Shown in pieces: positions 1 through 12,216 of a DNA stretch of 64,000 nt. Under the pieces are notes generated by a model. That model was not told the DNA's origin. It did no database searches and saw only the letters and a program-made list of their open reading frames with translations. Source of the DNA: Blasia pusilla. Lineage: Eukaryota. The translations under genes and the position numbers were made by a program. The stretch is taken from NCBI GenBank assembly GCA_050084515.1, contig CM114271.1:44144001-44208000 (forward strand), written 5' to 3'. The number at the start of each line of letters is the position of its first letter. Within the stretch, counting starts at the first letter, position 1.

Positions 1-770
1 GAGTCTCGGAAGGAGACGTGGCCAAGTGGTGAGAACTAGACTTGGGACGCGGCTAGCGTTTGGAGTTTCAGACTATACTTTTGACCATAACTTTTAGTTC
101 CAAGATTCATTTGGGACAAGTAAACAATCATTGGAAAGCTTATGTGGAGTCGATTCTAACGCTTTAAATATCTTGGAAAACGCTTAAGCAAAAGTTGAGA
201 TATGGGCCAAAACCGATTGTATGGGGGGTCAAATTGAGGGCCAAAAAGAGGGGCGCGGGTGCTCTTGCCTAAAAGTTGGGGGACCCTGGTAATCCCCAAA
301 AATACTAGTAAGGGGGAAGGTCTTCAAAGGTGTTTGAGAATCGAACCCCACTTTGGGCGCCGTAGGGTGACTCAAGGGCACAGAACGGATCGGGAGTTTT
401 GGCGTTGGGATTCGAAACCCAAACCAAGTCCAATGGAGTGGATTTTGGAGGTCCCTCTTGGATTTCAACTCACAACTCACATCGTTGAGTCTCGGTTGGG
501 GACTCATGTGAGGTCCATTGGAGAGTTGGAACCGCTAGGCACCCAAACATCATTTTAAGTGTTTAAATTGACCAGAAAGTTTGTCCCAAGTCTCGGAAGA
601 CTTGCTCGTGTTGGGAACGTAGGAATGAGGAAAGGTTGAGCTTGATGAGGTGCCGAGTCGAGGACTCGATGGATTGGAAGGCCTCTTGATCCAAGCTGGA
701 CTAACGCGAATGCGTTTGGGTACATGTTGGCGATGAGAGCGTGCTCTATTGAACGTACGCTTTCGCAACA
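1..770 (+). repeat. LTR-like repeat (family X), partial, runs off the window start; ends ...cgcaaca
   Basis: About 460-800 is collinear with 4641-5010 (gttggaaccgctaggc, gaccagaaagt, gagcttgatgag, gaacg(t/c)acgctt(t/c)cgcaaca); both copies share the ...CGCAACA end. No coding signal. Confidence 0.5.
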
Positions 771-1212
771 CTAAGACTCACGTTCGGGGGGAGTAGGCGC
801 ACTACATGATAGCTCTCAAAACATTGATCGGGAAACACATAAGTCTAAAGACATATAGGACAAGCCATCCGAGCTCTATTTCCACACTTTGAGCACTTTT
901 GACAATGTTGACTCTCCATAAAAAAGTCAAACTTACTCGCCACACTTATATGTAAAGACAACCACTGCATTTGTGTCCTTCAATGATCCATGCAAACTAG
1001 CTAGTTGCAATGGTTGGTGAAACATGATAATGATTAGGGCGATTTTTGCTTTATATTAGCCTTAACTTTCAGAGATCAATCCCCATATCCCCAAAAGATC
1101 TAGTAGTTCATCAAAATTCAATCTATCCCTAACCCCCAAAAAATAAAACAATTCCACTGCATTGTAGTATGAGGTTCACAACCATAAAAAACATACATTT
1201 GGTTGTGAACGT

Positions 1213-1686
1213 TGTCATGACCATACGGATTATGTCGTAGAGTATGGTGTGCTAGTAGAGGCCATTCCTTATGTAGGACCGTAGTGGATTGGTAGAGATG
1301 CGGTTCCATACATAGGGTTGGGGGTTACTCAGTTGGGGGTGACTTTCCCAGTAGGGCCCGCTCTTAGGTTGGAGGATATAAGGTGGAGTGCACTCAAAGA
1401 ACAGTCAGTTCTTTGAGTTGAGCCTGTTGCGTTGGGAGTTAGCCTTGGTAGTGAGTAGAGCTCTTGGCTATGGTGTTTCCCGCAAGCTTCGACCTAGATT
1501 CTCCCATTGTGGAGTGGGTTTGGCTCGATTGTATGTGATTGTAAACGTGTTTTATGACAATAGGTCTTTCACGGATTTTAGTTGTGGTACACTTGTGTTT
1601 GTGGATACTCTCGTCTATGTTATGTATGTATGTGAGTATGGTATGTCAGCGATGTATGTTGTATGACGATGTGGATTCGCACGACA
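1213..1686 (+). mobile_element. Solo LTR (A+B unit) of the Ty3/Gypsy DNMT/PHD family
   Basis: Starts TGTCA, ends GCACGACA, flanked by the 4-bp direct repeat ACGT (1209-1212, 1687-1690). Internal gatataagg TATA-like motif; 3' part has the family's gcgatgtatgttgt...cgcacgaca tail. Confidence 0.75.
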
Positions 1687-2109
1687 ACGTCCACACCACA
1701 TATTAGAGCTAGTATTTAACAAGCATGCGCCTTTTAGGTATTTCTGAGTAAATTTTTCACTTCAATCCAACGTCATGACTTAAGCGTTAGAGTGGGTTAG
1801 ATGATATAAAAAGGAAAGACCGGGTATAATTTTGAATCCATACAATTGCTAAAATTTGAATATTTGCGTTCATCCGGGATCCTCCAACTCCACCCCCCTT
1901 GACTTAAGTTCTTTTGGCCCCTAACCAAGATGGCCAAACTCTATCCATTCTTATTGTCCATATGCAAAGAATCCATGACACCAAAATATGATCCAAGCAT
2001 GAACACAATGTATACTAAAATAGATGAATCATATATTCTACAAGAAAGATATAGGGATCACTTCCAATCGAAAGGTTGTATCCACCATAGAACTCATATC
2101 GTAGTTTAT

Positions 2110-3705
2110 GAGAGAGTGATGAGGAGTCGGTGCCAGGATGGCACGCGTCAGCCTATTTAGGCACGTTGGCTATGGAGAGCCAGAGTGTGGAGACTTTGAT
2201 GGCGAGGTCTAGTGGAGAGTCTTTGGATCCCGAGGCCAGTGAGGACACGACAAGTGGCCGAGATATTCATGATGATGGAGTAGTCTTAGAGTACCTTCGT
2301 CTTTGGCGACCTTGCGAGCACCATGGATGCTAGAGAGCGGGATCGGATCCTCTGGCCGGGCCAGGCGGTTCCATTGGGAGGGGACACATGTTTTGAGGGT
2401 TTGGGAGGATGGCGAGCACGCGTAGTGCCGCATCCTTTGCGAGAGAGCACGACTAGTGCAAAGCATGCCCACGAGGAGTTGGGTCACTTTGGGGTGAAGC
2501 GGACGTATAGCTTGCTCCGATTCGATATTGGTGGCGGGCATGCGGACGGCGTTCGGCAGATTTGTTGCCAGGTGCATGGTGTGTGATCGGGTCCGAGCAT
2601 CGTTCAATGCTCCGACTCCGCGTTGCATCCATTACCGATCATGGGCTTAGGGTATAGATGGAGTTTGGATTTTTGCAGGACCTTTGCCCTTGACGGAGCG
2701 TCACGGTTGTTATGTGTTGGTGATGGTGAGCACTTTCGAAGTGGATCGAGTTGGTTGCATTGCTTGACAAAGCAAGTGAGGGAGTAGCTTATGCCTTCCT
2801 TGACAGAGTGCTGAGTCATTATGGCGCACCAGCTGAGGTGTTGACAGACCAGGGTACCGAGTTTCGCGGTGAGTTCCAGGCCTTGTGTGATCAGGCCGAT
2901 CGACCACCGCCGACGACAGCGAGATCATCCTGAGGCGGATGGATTAGCGGAGAGAGTTGTGCAGGCGATGAAGAGGGGTTTACGCAAGTATGGCTTGCAG
3001 AGAGGTCACCTAGGAGATTGGGACCTCCGGTTGCCATGGTTGGCGATGGGATCTGATTCAGAGCGAGGCATCCTTAGCGTCTTTTTACCGTACTTGCTAC
3101 TTTATGGCGAGAGCCAGATTTACGTCGCGGCCATTCGTCGAGATGATCTTTGGTGAGGTGTTGAACCTTGATGACCCAGATGTATGGGTGCAAGCATGTT
3201 CTCGAGAGGGCTGAGTTATTTCGAGAGTGATGCCCATGGCGTTCGAGAACTTGGCGATTACCGCGACAAAGATCGCGATACGTTGAGGTATCGACTATTC
3301 GAGGTGGTGGTTATCGACCAACTATCCGGAGGTTTCATCAGGAGATTATGTCTATTTGCAGCAGACGGCACCGGCGGCGTTGGATGTGATCTGCAGGCGC
3401 ACTATCCACGAGAGTGCGTGACATTTTGCCATCGGGTGTTCTCTTCTTTGGAGGGACGCGATGGTATGGTATGGAAGGACCATGTGCGTAATTGTGCGCC
3501 ATGTCACCTTCCTAACATTGATGGTACAATAGATCCGAGCTTAGTAGTAGTTCTGCAGGCTTGCGTTGTATATTGTGTGGTTACGCCGTGTAGTGCCACG
3601 ATGCTAGTCTGTGATGGATGTTCGAGAGGATGGCATATGGCATGTTTGACGCCACCTCTCACTAGGGTTCCTCAGGGACGATGGATGTGTCCCAGATGTA
3701 CATAG
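2110..3705 (+). pseudogene. Ty3/Gypsy integrase (HHCC zinc finger + DDE core) with C-terminal PHD finger, frameshifted
   Basis: AHEELGHFGVKRTYSLL (HHCC), VLTDQGTEFRGEF and HPEADGLAERVVQAMKRGL (DDE core), WDLRLPWLAMG, then [33 protein letters not shown] (PHD). Confidence 0.9.
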
Positions 3706-3844
3706 AGAAGGTAGTTCTACATTCCGACTTGTGTCTATGACATGGATGACAAGGAGGCGACTAACGATGGGGCCACATGAGCACCCGGCCTTCTTGCTCT
3801 TAGCGTCCGAGAGATGTATGTCATGGTAGGTAGGGATAGATGGC

Positions 3845-4640
3845 TATCTGGAGTTAGAGGGACCTAACCACCAGCTAGGGGGGCGATTGGAGATATTTTG
3901 GTTCTTCTTGTCTCATTGTTTGGATGCCATGAGTTAGCATGGGATCATGCGTGTTTGTGTGTGTGTTCGGTGACAGCGATGTATGTTGTGTAGCGATGTG
4001 TATGCGCACGACAATTGTCACGTCTTTTAGGATAGATCGGTGGGATCTAATAGAGCGCCTTCATGAGTAGTGGAGGACACGCCCAGTAGGTCGAGGGTGA
4101 CCTGCTGAGGCCCTTGGAAACCTGAGATAGTAGGTTTCCCTTCGCGTTCGGCTCATTTGGAGCCATATTGAGGAACTTACTATTTTAGGTAAGTACCATT
4201 TTGATTATATGATCGACTTACTATTTTTGGTAAGTGGCCCTTGACCTCCTACATCAGGTCAAGAGCCAAGGAGGTGACTTGGGAGAATAGGTTACCATGG
4301 AGAGAGCTTGGGAGAGGAGAGGGGTATACCTCAAGGAGAGAGAGCTTGAGAGCTCATTCTCTCTTTGTTGAACCTCTTGGCATGAGGCGGCGGAGCTATG
4401 GTACCTTGCCTTGTGAATGTAACCCAAGCCTCTCATTAGGAGAGTGGGTTTGGTTTGACATGAGAGAGAGTGCACACCTTTGAGAGCTATGGTGTGAGAT
4501 GGTGGAGAGAGAGATTGGATCTTACTTTAATTGGAGATATTTTGGTTCTTCTTGTCTCGTTGTTTGGATGCCATGAGTTAGCATGGGATCATGCGTGTTT
4601 GTGTGTGTGTTCGGTGACAGCGATGTGTATGCGCACGATA
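3845..4640 (+). repeat. 3' terminus of Gypsy family: PPT-like tract + B1 (3886-4013) + at + A2 (4016-4529) + B2 (4530-4640)
   Basis: attggagatattttggttcttcttgtctc...gcgcacga(c/t)a occurs twice; junction gcacgaca-at-tgtcacg at 4006-4022; agctaggggggcg lies directly before B1. Confidence 0.85.
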
Positions 4641-5010
4641 GAGTGGACTTTGTACGCCACACTTGGATTCCAACCTGAGATTCACTTCGTGCGAGTCTTG
4701 GTGAGGAACTCATTGGATGTCCATCGGACAGTTGGAACCGCTAGGCGCGAAACGCCGTTTCAGATTCCTGAACCGACCAGAAAGTCTATCCCAAGTCTTT
4801 CGAGATTTTCCCGTGTTGTAAACCGCGAAACTAGGAAGTTTGAGCTTGATGAGAGTCCAATACGAGAACTCAGAAAGTAATCCCGCTGATTGATCCATGA
4901 CCCGACTAACCGAAGTGCGTGTTTGGATGCAGATCAGCGTTGAGAGCGTGACCTACTGAACGCACGCTTCCGCAACAAACAAGATTAACGTTCAAGGAGA
5001 GTAAGCCCAC
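4641..5010 (+). repeat. Second partial copy of LTR-like family X
   Basis: Collinear with about 460-800. Confidence 0.5.
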
Positions 5011-5029
5011 GACACGGGTGGAGCCATTG

Positions 5030-6400
5030 TTGACCACATTGTTGGAGGTAGCCACTAGGGTAAGCTAATATCTGTGTTTTTTTTCGCCATGGAGTTGGAG
5101 ACGATGGGAATTGAACTAGTAGAGATGTTTCTGTTGAACGCCACGTTGTGTAAGCGTGGAGAGATAATTGGCTCTTTTTTGGAGGTGGTTGTTGAGGAGG
5201 TGGTGGACCTGCCCTTAGAGCATGTGCATGGGACGTCTCTCACACAAGTATGGAAAAATGCGGTTGCAAAGTTGGTAGATATTTCACCTCGACTAGCCAT
5301 AGAGCAAGCCATGGTGACACCTACTATGGTGTTGTTGGAAACATGAGCTAGATTGTTTTGTTTGGTTAGTTGCACATATATATAGTGTACCACATGCAAT
5401 GTGTCCTACTTGATTTGGAAGTGCAACCCTTCGTGTTAGGTAAGACAACGTGTTTGGCGTTGGGGTTACGAAAAGGCGACATTGAGCCTTGTCCCTTTTA
5501 GATACAAACCTTTAGTGGGGGCGTGTCACCCATGTAGTTCATGACTCGACAGGAGTTAGGTGTTAGACTCAAGCACGAGCATGAGTAAGATAGTGCAATG
5601 GTGTGCACTCGGGTGATTAGGCCACCGGTAGAGTCATATGATGTGTTATTAGGGAGTACGGTTTTATATTCCCTTGGTTTCATCCTTGATATTTGGGAGG
5701 AGATGGCTTCTTATAGACCGGGATGGCGATCGGTGATGGATGTGTGAACCATTTATCGGTGCATTTGCAAAGGCGTAGTGGTGGTCAACCATATGACAAT
5801 ATGGTGACCACGTTGGCAACATTCACATGTGGTGTTAGTTGACCAAGAGAGTTGTTGGAGAGGATCACCCATATAGAGGACATCCCAGTAGCGGATAGTC
5901 CCACGGAGAGACGTGTCAGGGTGGTTGTCTCGTCCCATGGTGAGAGACCTCTTTACCGTTGTTGGGTAATGAGTGTTGAGTTGCAAAGGAGTGTAGACAA
6001 GCTCGTGAGGCATGCATGGAGCCGTGCCTATGTCTTGAAGTAGAGAGAATCAGGTGATGGTCATGATCTTGGACTCGAAACTTGATATCTTTGGATACCA
6101 CACCTATTGTGTGGCAACGCTTGGAGGAGGATGCGAGAGTGTTAGATCTCTTTGAAGGGATCAACATGGCGAGAAGTTGAAGTGTTGTAGTGTTGCAGGA
6201 TGTCATCCGGATACATCGATATCTCTAAGTGGAGATAGATGAGATGGATCCGAGAACGAGTATGTGTTGCGGGAATGACGGCTCCCACGGTGCTAGATGT
6301 GTATAGAGTAGTAAATCATGTCATGTAGATGTGATGTCTGCTATCTAGAGTTAGGGGGGCCCAATTTCCAGCTAGGAGGATGGTTGTGTGGTCTTGATGT
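5030..6400 (+). pseudogene. Degenerate Gypsy-DNMT copy: gag C-terminus, protease, start of methyltransferase (motif I), deletion, then 3' UTR/PPT
   Basis: Homologous to 52710-53900; reads EEDARVLDLFEG at about 6124-6160; ctatctagagttaggggggcccaatttccagctagg at about 6341-6376 matches the family pre-PPT block. Confidence 0.8.
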
Positions 6401-6494
6401 ACATGTAAATCTTGAATTCCCGATTTTAGTCATAGTCAGCCAAGTGACCCGTTGACCGAGTCATTGGCATGTCGCTATAATTCCCTATTTTGGT

Positions 6495-7115
6495 CTTAGT
6501 CAGTGATGATGGTAAAAGGGTTACCAAATAAGTAACTCTTGAAATGCACGACAACCCACATTGCAGCCAAACACTCATCCTCATACGAGCTATATTTCGT
6601 CTTTATATCTTTGTTTGAGCGATTAGTGCAAGCCACCACAAACTCTCTACCCTCATTGTCATGCTAGGTGAGCATGGCTCCAAGTCCCGACATCCTCCAA
6701 TTTGTATGTAATTGGAAAGGACGTCCCCTTATCAGTCTCCTCGGTATAGGCACGGACGTCAACCTATCCTTGAGTAGTTGAAATGCTCTCTCTCATTCAT
6801 TCCTCCGTGCCACTCGTGATCCACCTTAGTCAACAAGGTTAGTAGCCAATCGAATAGAAACCCTTGATGTACCCTCAATAGAAATTCTCCAATCCCGTGA
6901 ATGCATGAACTCGACTCATATCTAGTTGTAGAACGTGGAATACATGAGATAGCCTCTACCTTTGTCTACTGAACACCATGGCCACCTAGGTATATCGAGT
7001 GACCCAAGTACTCAATTTGGTCGTAACAGAACTTGCACTTGCCTCGATGTATCTTCAGCCCATGTAACTTCAATTATTGAAATTCCTCCTCCAAATGTCG
7101 CTCACGCTCCTCAAT
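6495..7115 (-). pseudogene. Ty3/Gypsy reverse transcriptase C-terminus and RNase H fragment
   Basis: Hand translation of the minus strand gives ERHLEEEFQ*LKLHGLKIHRGKCKFCYDQIEYLGH and RSNKDIKTKYSSYEDECLAAMWVVVHFKSYLFGNPFTIITD. Confidence 0.8.
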
Positions 7116-7120
7116 TATTC

Positions 7121-8355
7121 AAAATTTGGAAGTGATCATGATTGTAGAAGAACGAGCTTTTGCGAATTGATTATTGGAGGTTGGAGAGGGTCGTGTGCCT
7201 TTGAAATCTCACTTAGGAGAAGATTTTATAAAATTTCCAAATGATACGGTGACCAAGAGTAAGAAAATAAGTGATCTTATTGACATCATCTATGGAAATG
7301 ATTATGAAAAATTGTGTGACATCAACTTTTTAAAGAGATACAACAATTCTTACACCGAAAAATTTGGAAGTGACCATGAGTGTAGAAGAACAAACTTTTG
7401 CGAATTGGTTATTGGAGGTTGAAGAGGGTCATGTGCTTTTGGAATCTCACTTGGGAGAAGATTTTATACAATTGCCAAATGATATGGTGACCAAGAGTCA
7501 GAAGATAAGTAATCGATTGACATCATCTATTGAAATGATTATGAAAAATTGTGCGACATTGACTTTTTAAAGAGATACAACAATTCTTACACCGAAAAAT
7601 TGACATGTTTATGACATCAATGCACAAGTCGTATCTCGTTCTATAGAGAGGTAATATTGGATTTCCAATACTTTTCATGTGATTGTCTCAAGAGTTCTCT
7701 AATTATATTATGCATCAAAACTAAAATTATCTTTGAAGATATGTTTGTTCGATGTAGGAACGAACTTCCCTTAGTGTTGATTCCATTTCGGATGAGGGAA
7801 TGAGGTATGTCTATTGACAGAATTCCTAAATACATGCTTACCGTCAGGTCTACCACCCCATTGTTCAAGCTTGAGAACTGGTGCACCTATCATGCTTTTA
7901 CGAAACTTGAACATGTCAAAGGGATAAGCCAACCGAACTCAATTGGTGATCTATGGGTTCATGCAACATGTCATTGATGTTGAAATCATCATATGAAAAA
8001 CAATGGAGATCGAGTGTTTATTCCACGTATCCCATTGATTACGTCAGACTCAAGTTTACCTTTTGATTTAGGTAGATTTCAATTTCCTATTCATTTTTTT
8101 TTTGCCATGACTATCAATAAACCTCAAGGTCATACCTTGAAAAAGATAGGAATTCAGCTACTAACATTAAGATTTTCTCATAGTCAATTGTATGTAGCAT
8201 TGTCAAGAGTAAGACAAATAAATGCAGTTAATGTCACAATAGGAAGTGATGCCTTTCAAATGAGAAAAAGACACTTCAATATATATATAAAGAAATACTT
8301 CAATGAAATAAAATTCTTTTTATTAGTTATGGCTCCTACTACTAGGCCATACTAA
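7121..8355 (+). pseudogene. Helitron-type PIF1 helicase C-terminal fragment with a ~238-bp internal tandem duplication
   Basis: FANWLLEV(G/E)EG, ILTPKN, MLLRNLN, RVFIPRIPL, FQFPI..FAMTINKPQG.TL, FSHSQLYVALSRV; 7121-7358 is repeated at 7359-7600. Confidence 0.85.
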
Positions 8356-8640
8356 TCGGTTCTCTCTTTCTCCTAGGGCCACATATTCTTCTGGTGATAT
8401 TCGGGTGTGAAGTCGATTCTGAGTGCAAACGCTGTAAAATACAAGTTATTATGCAAGTAACTTCTCAACAATGAAATGTGATTCTACAAGTAACTTCTCA
8501 ACCGTCAGATGTGAGTCGTAATAAAACATTTGGACTCAGTTTGTGTAAGTGTTAGTTAGATTTTTCCGAATAGCTTGTGCCATTCCCTCCAAATTACCCT
8601 CCAACATCTCTGATGAAACTTTCACCAAGCTCGGAATACC

Positions 8641-10554
8641 TTATGGAATATCACATGCGGTAATTCCAATCTCACCATCATCCCCACCACCATCACATCC
8701 AATTGCTGGAATGCCTTTCTCCAAACCTGCAACACTAGAAGGTATTCCGAGACTTGCCTCCAAAACTCCAATTGAATCTACAATGTCTACATGCAAGGGA
8801 GCAGGCTCACCAACACATTCCCCATCCACATGAGAGCTATCATGTAGATCCAACTCAACACGGGAAGCTCCAATGCCGCCACCACCGCCACCACCACCAC
8901 CACCACCACACACACTGGTTGGGATACTTTCCATCACTGCACCACTATAAGATACTCCAATAACAACTTCTGGTGCTCCAGCTGAAAGTAAAGTCTCTTC
9001 ATGCGAGGGAGGAGACTCACCAACATATTCCCCGACCACACAAGAGCTACCCTTCAAGATTTCTCCTTGTGGAAGGTTCATCTCGACACATGAAGGGCCA
9101 ATGGACACATCACAACTCCTAGGTGCTGGAATAGTTTCCTGTGCATCAGTAGTACATGGTGCAAAATCTAGACCAACCTGGTCTTCAACCATCACACAAG
9201 GGGTCTCAATAGGGGAAGAAGAAGGGGTTGTACCCGATATAGTTTTTTCTCTCTTCTTCAAGGACTTGGGTACATGTGGAAGCCCAACCTTGGAGCAAGA
9301 GTCACCTCCCATAGATCTCGTGCGCACTCTGACCTTTCTAACTTCTTCCACATGCGTCAAACCAATATGGTCCTCCCTACTCTCACCAAAATCTTCTACA
9401 CTCCTTGCTATAAACTTCTCAACAGCAGGCTTACAAGCCAACTTACTTCGCCTCTTTGGGCGCAAAACTTGAAAGTCACTTATATCATCACATTCATCTC
9501 CTTGAGAGGTGGGAGGTGGTTTGCTAGAGCTACTCCCTAATGTAGATTTATGCACATTCCTCCTAGACCAATCTAAATCTACATCCTTCTTCTCCCTTGG
9601 CACATACTTGGAAGCTCTTTTTTCGCAAACCTCTTTGACCTCCTCCAAGTTTCTTCTCTCCAACCATTCATTCAATTGCTGCCTAGCCATGAAATCCGAG
9701 TACTTGGCTTGATCTCTTTCAAGCCAAGCCATTAAGTTTTGTTTCTTTCGAGCAATCCAAGCTTGTGTCTCCTTCAATTGTTGAGATCTCTCATCTTTAA
9801 AAATGGCAAGAAGCACACCCAAACACACTCCCTCTTTCTTCTCTTCTACTCCCCAAAGTTTCTTCACCGACTCCAAATGAAGAAAGTAATTCTTCCCCCT
9901 CCCAATCTGGTCTGTAGAACCAGGTTCACTAGTTCTCTCAATGGCAACCAAACATGCTAAGACAATCACATCCATCATCAAATTGCTTTCACCGCACTCT
10001 CGTACTTTCACAAGACACATGTCATACTTTTCTCTATCCAATAAGTCATCCCAATCTTGGATACCAAGGCACTTGGGGAGATCACACTCCATTAAAGCCA
10101 ACAATGTTGGCTTCTTGAACAAGTGTGGGATGACAGGATCTCGTTCCATTGTCAACCATATCTCAGACCAATGTTGTCTAAATCTGTATAATTTTTCCCT
10201 CTTCATCTTTTCTAGACGCCCGATAGCATCTCCTGATTTTCTCATCAAATCTTTCTCTCTCTGCTTCTCACTAATGTTCCTCTTACGGCCCTTCACAGGG
10301 TCGTTAGGATGCCTACCTGCATTTTCCAAAGATACTAAGTAACTTGGGTGCAGGTGAGGGTGCTTCTTAGTTAAGTGCTGATTGCACTTTGTTTTGTTCT
10401 TTGTAGAGTAAATGCGACTACAAACTAGACACATCCACTTTGTGCCGTCATGCAAATACCTCCAATAGGTATTTTCCCCCAATGCAACGCCACAAACTAC
10501 CCGAATGGAAACTGAGGTCGGAGTAGACATGGGAAAGGCACTCCTGAAACACAT
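8641..10554 (-). CDS. Uncharacterised 637-aa ORF with N-terminal BED/C2H2-like zinc finger, charged helical middle and low-complexity C-terminus
   Basis: Uninterrupted 1.9-kb ORF; YWRYL..KWMCLVC...NQHLTKKH fits the W..C2H2 pattern; poly-Gly tract. True start and splicing are unknown. Confidence 0.55.
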   Translation of the reverse strand: MCFRSAFPMSTPTSVSIRVVCGVALGENTYWRYLHDGTKWMCLVCSRIYSTKNKTKCNQHLTKKHPHLHPSYLVSLENAGRHPNDPVKGRKRNISEKQREKDLMRKSGDAIGRLEKMKREKLYRFRQHWSEIWLTMERDPVIPHLFKKPTLLALMECDLPKCLGIQDWDDLLDREKYDMCLVKVRECGESNLMMDVIVLACLVAIERTSEPGSTDQIGRGKNYFLHLESVKKLWGVEEKKEGVCLGVLLAIFKDERSQQLKETQAWIARKKQNLMAWLERDQAKYSDFMARQQLNEWLERRNLEEVKEVCEKRASKYVPREKKDVDLDWSRRNVHKSTLGSSSSKPPPTSQGDECDDISDFQVLRPKRRSKLACKPAVEKFIARSVEDFGESREDHIGLTHVEEVRKVRVRTRSMGGDSCSKVGLPHVPKSLKKREKTISGTTPSSSPIETPCVMVEDQVGLDFAPCTTDAQETIPAPRSCDVSIGPSCVEMNLPQGEILKGSSCVVGEYVGESPPSHEETLLSAGAPEVVIGVSYSGAVMESIPTSVCGGGGGGGGGGGIGASRVELDLHDSSHVDGECVGEPAPLHVDIVDSIGVLEASLGIPSSVAGLEKGIPAIGCDGGGDDGEIGITACDIP

Positions 10555-12216
10555 TCAATAAAGTATCTCAAACCATGACATGAACATGTTCCAAAGGGAT
10601 AAAACCTAACAAGACCCACTAGTTCTGGGCAATGAACATTCCCACTAAATGTTTGATGTGAAATCTATTCTTAAACCTTGGTATTCTTCTAAAACCTCCC
10701 TTGGTTTCAAAGCCCAAATGCCTTCCATTCCTCCCTAAACCATCTTACTACAAGTTGTGTATCAATCTAAAAGAGGAGAAAAATCAAGCAAAGGGTTCGA
10801 AAAAATTTACAATCAATTGAAGCACAGCAAGTAGCCACCTAAACTACTTGTGTGGTTAGGAGTTAATAGAACCTAAAACAATGACTGTTACATGTCATCC
10901 GATTAGACAAAAAATTCATCTACAATTGGCGTCTAAAGTGAATGGATGCTGTAGCATTTTTACGAGAAAAAATGAAGACATGCAATTCAAACGAACAAGG
11001 TCTGTTGGTCACTTGGCTGATTGGTAATTTCAGAGCTTCATCATTAAAATCTGCTACAGACCAATCCTTCCATACCACCACTCTCTACCTGATATGTGTA
11101 TACTAAAAGCACATAGTAAACCAGCGTCCTCCATTCGTCCTCTATTGAAATGTGGGAACACTCTAACAAGTCTGAATGAAGATCAAGCAACTACTTCAAT
11201 ATAAAGGTGGGGTGGACTAAAACGAGCTACTATGCTAACCGCTGATTTTGCTACACTATTTACAGGGTCCTTCTCGGTACGAGACAGTTTCTGGTTTTGT
11301 ATGTGAAGCGTTTGGGTCGCTACATACCACGAACAGGAGGAAGTATCAATGTGATCCTTCGCAAGGCTGATAATGAGGAGAGTGAAGACCGCCGTGATGG
11401 TGAAGCAGATCATCAAGAGGATCGTAGAGAAAAGTTCCAAAAGTACAGACAGGCTTGAGGTATATTCAGTGTCCTTGTAGTTGAACCAAAAATCTGCATG
11501 TTTTCAAAAATTTGCATAGTACTCCATGACGACACGCATCTTGTGTATGTTGACTGAGCTTGACTTCTTTGAATGGCTGTATCAGATTTTGGCAGGGAAT
11601 GCTCGAAAGGTTGGTGCTGTCCGTTTTGAGAGGGTGGATGTGCTTCAAACAAAGGAAGATGCACTTGTCTTTCCTACGGGTCACGTGTGTTCAGTAACAA
11701 AGGTTGGGATGATGATGAAGAGAGTGGACTGTAGGCTTTCATTTCGGGCCAGGGTAGCTACAATAGTATATGACATACTGTAGTAAGCCTGGGGAAGGCA
11801 GCTCCCAACGGTTCACAAGAATGTAACTTCCCATCCTCGGATCGCAAAGGAACCTACGGAAAATTCCCATCCTACCCAATCGCAAAGGAACCTACGGAAA
11901 TAATCACCTCAGAATCAAATTCACTTACAACTTTGCGATGGATTCATTATCCACGCGGATTATTACAGAATGTTTGTAGTCTGGCCAGGGTGACTCATAA
12001 GAGACGCGCTCATAAGAACGCAAATTGCTACAATTTCTGAAATAAATTCAGAACTCCTTGCAACCGCATGGTTAATTATTCGATATTCATCAAGCAAATT
12101 CCATAAATTGGGCGATGATTTACATGCAAATATGCGGATTCTGGCAATTGGGAACGATAAGGCTTTGGATTACGTCATTGTGAAAGTGATGCACAAGGAA
12201 CAGCAGACTTTATATT

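Noticed and set aside
8328-8356. Helitron 3' hairpin and CTRR end
   Set aside because: A weak stem (tatggc...gccata) exists, but its spacing to the following ctaa is atypical.
11183-11783. Possible small exons or gene
   Set aside because: Splice-like signals exist, but I could not build a consistent frame or recognise any protein similarity.
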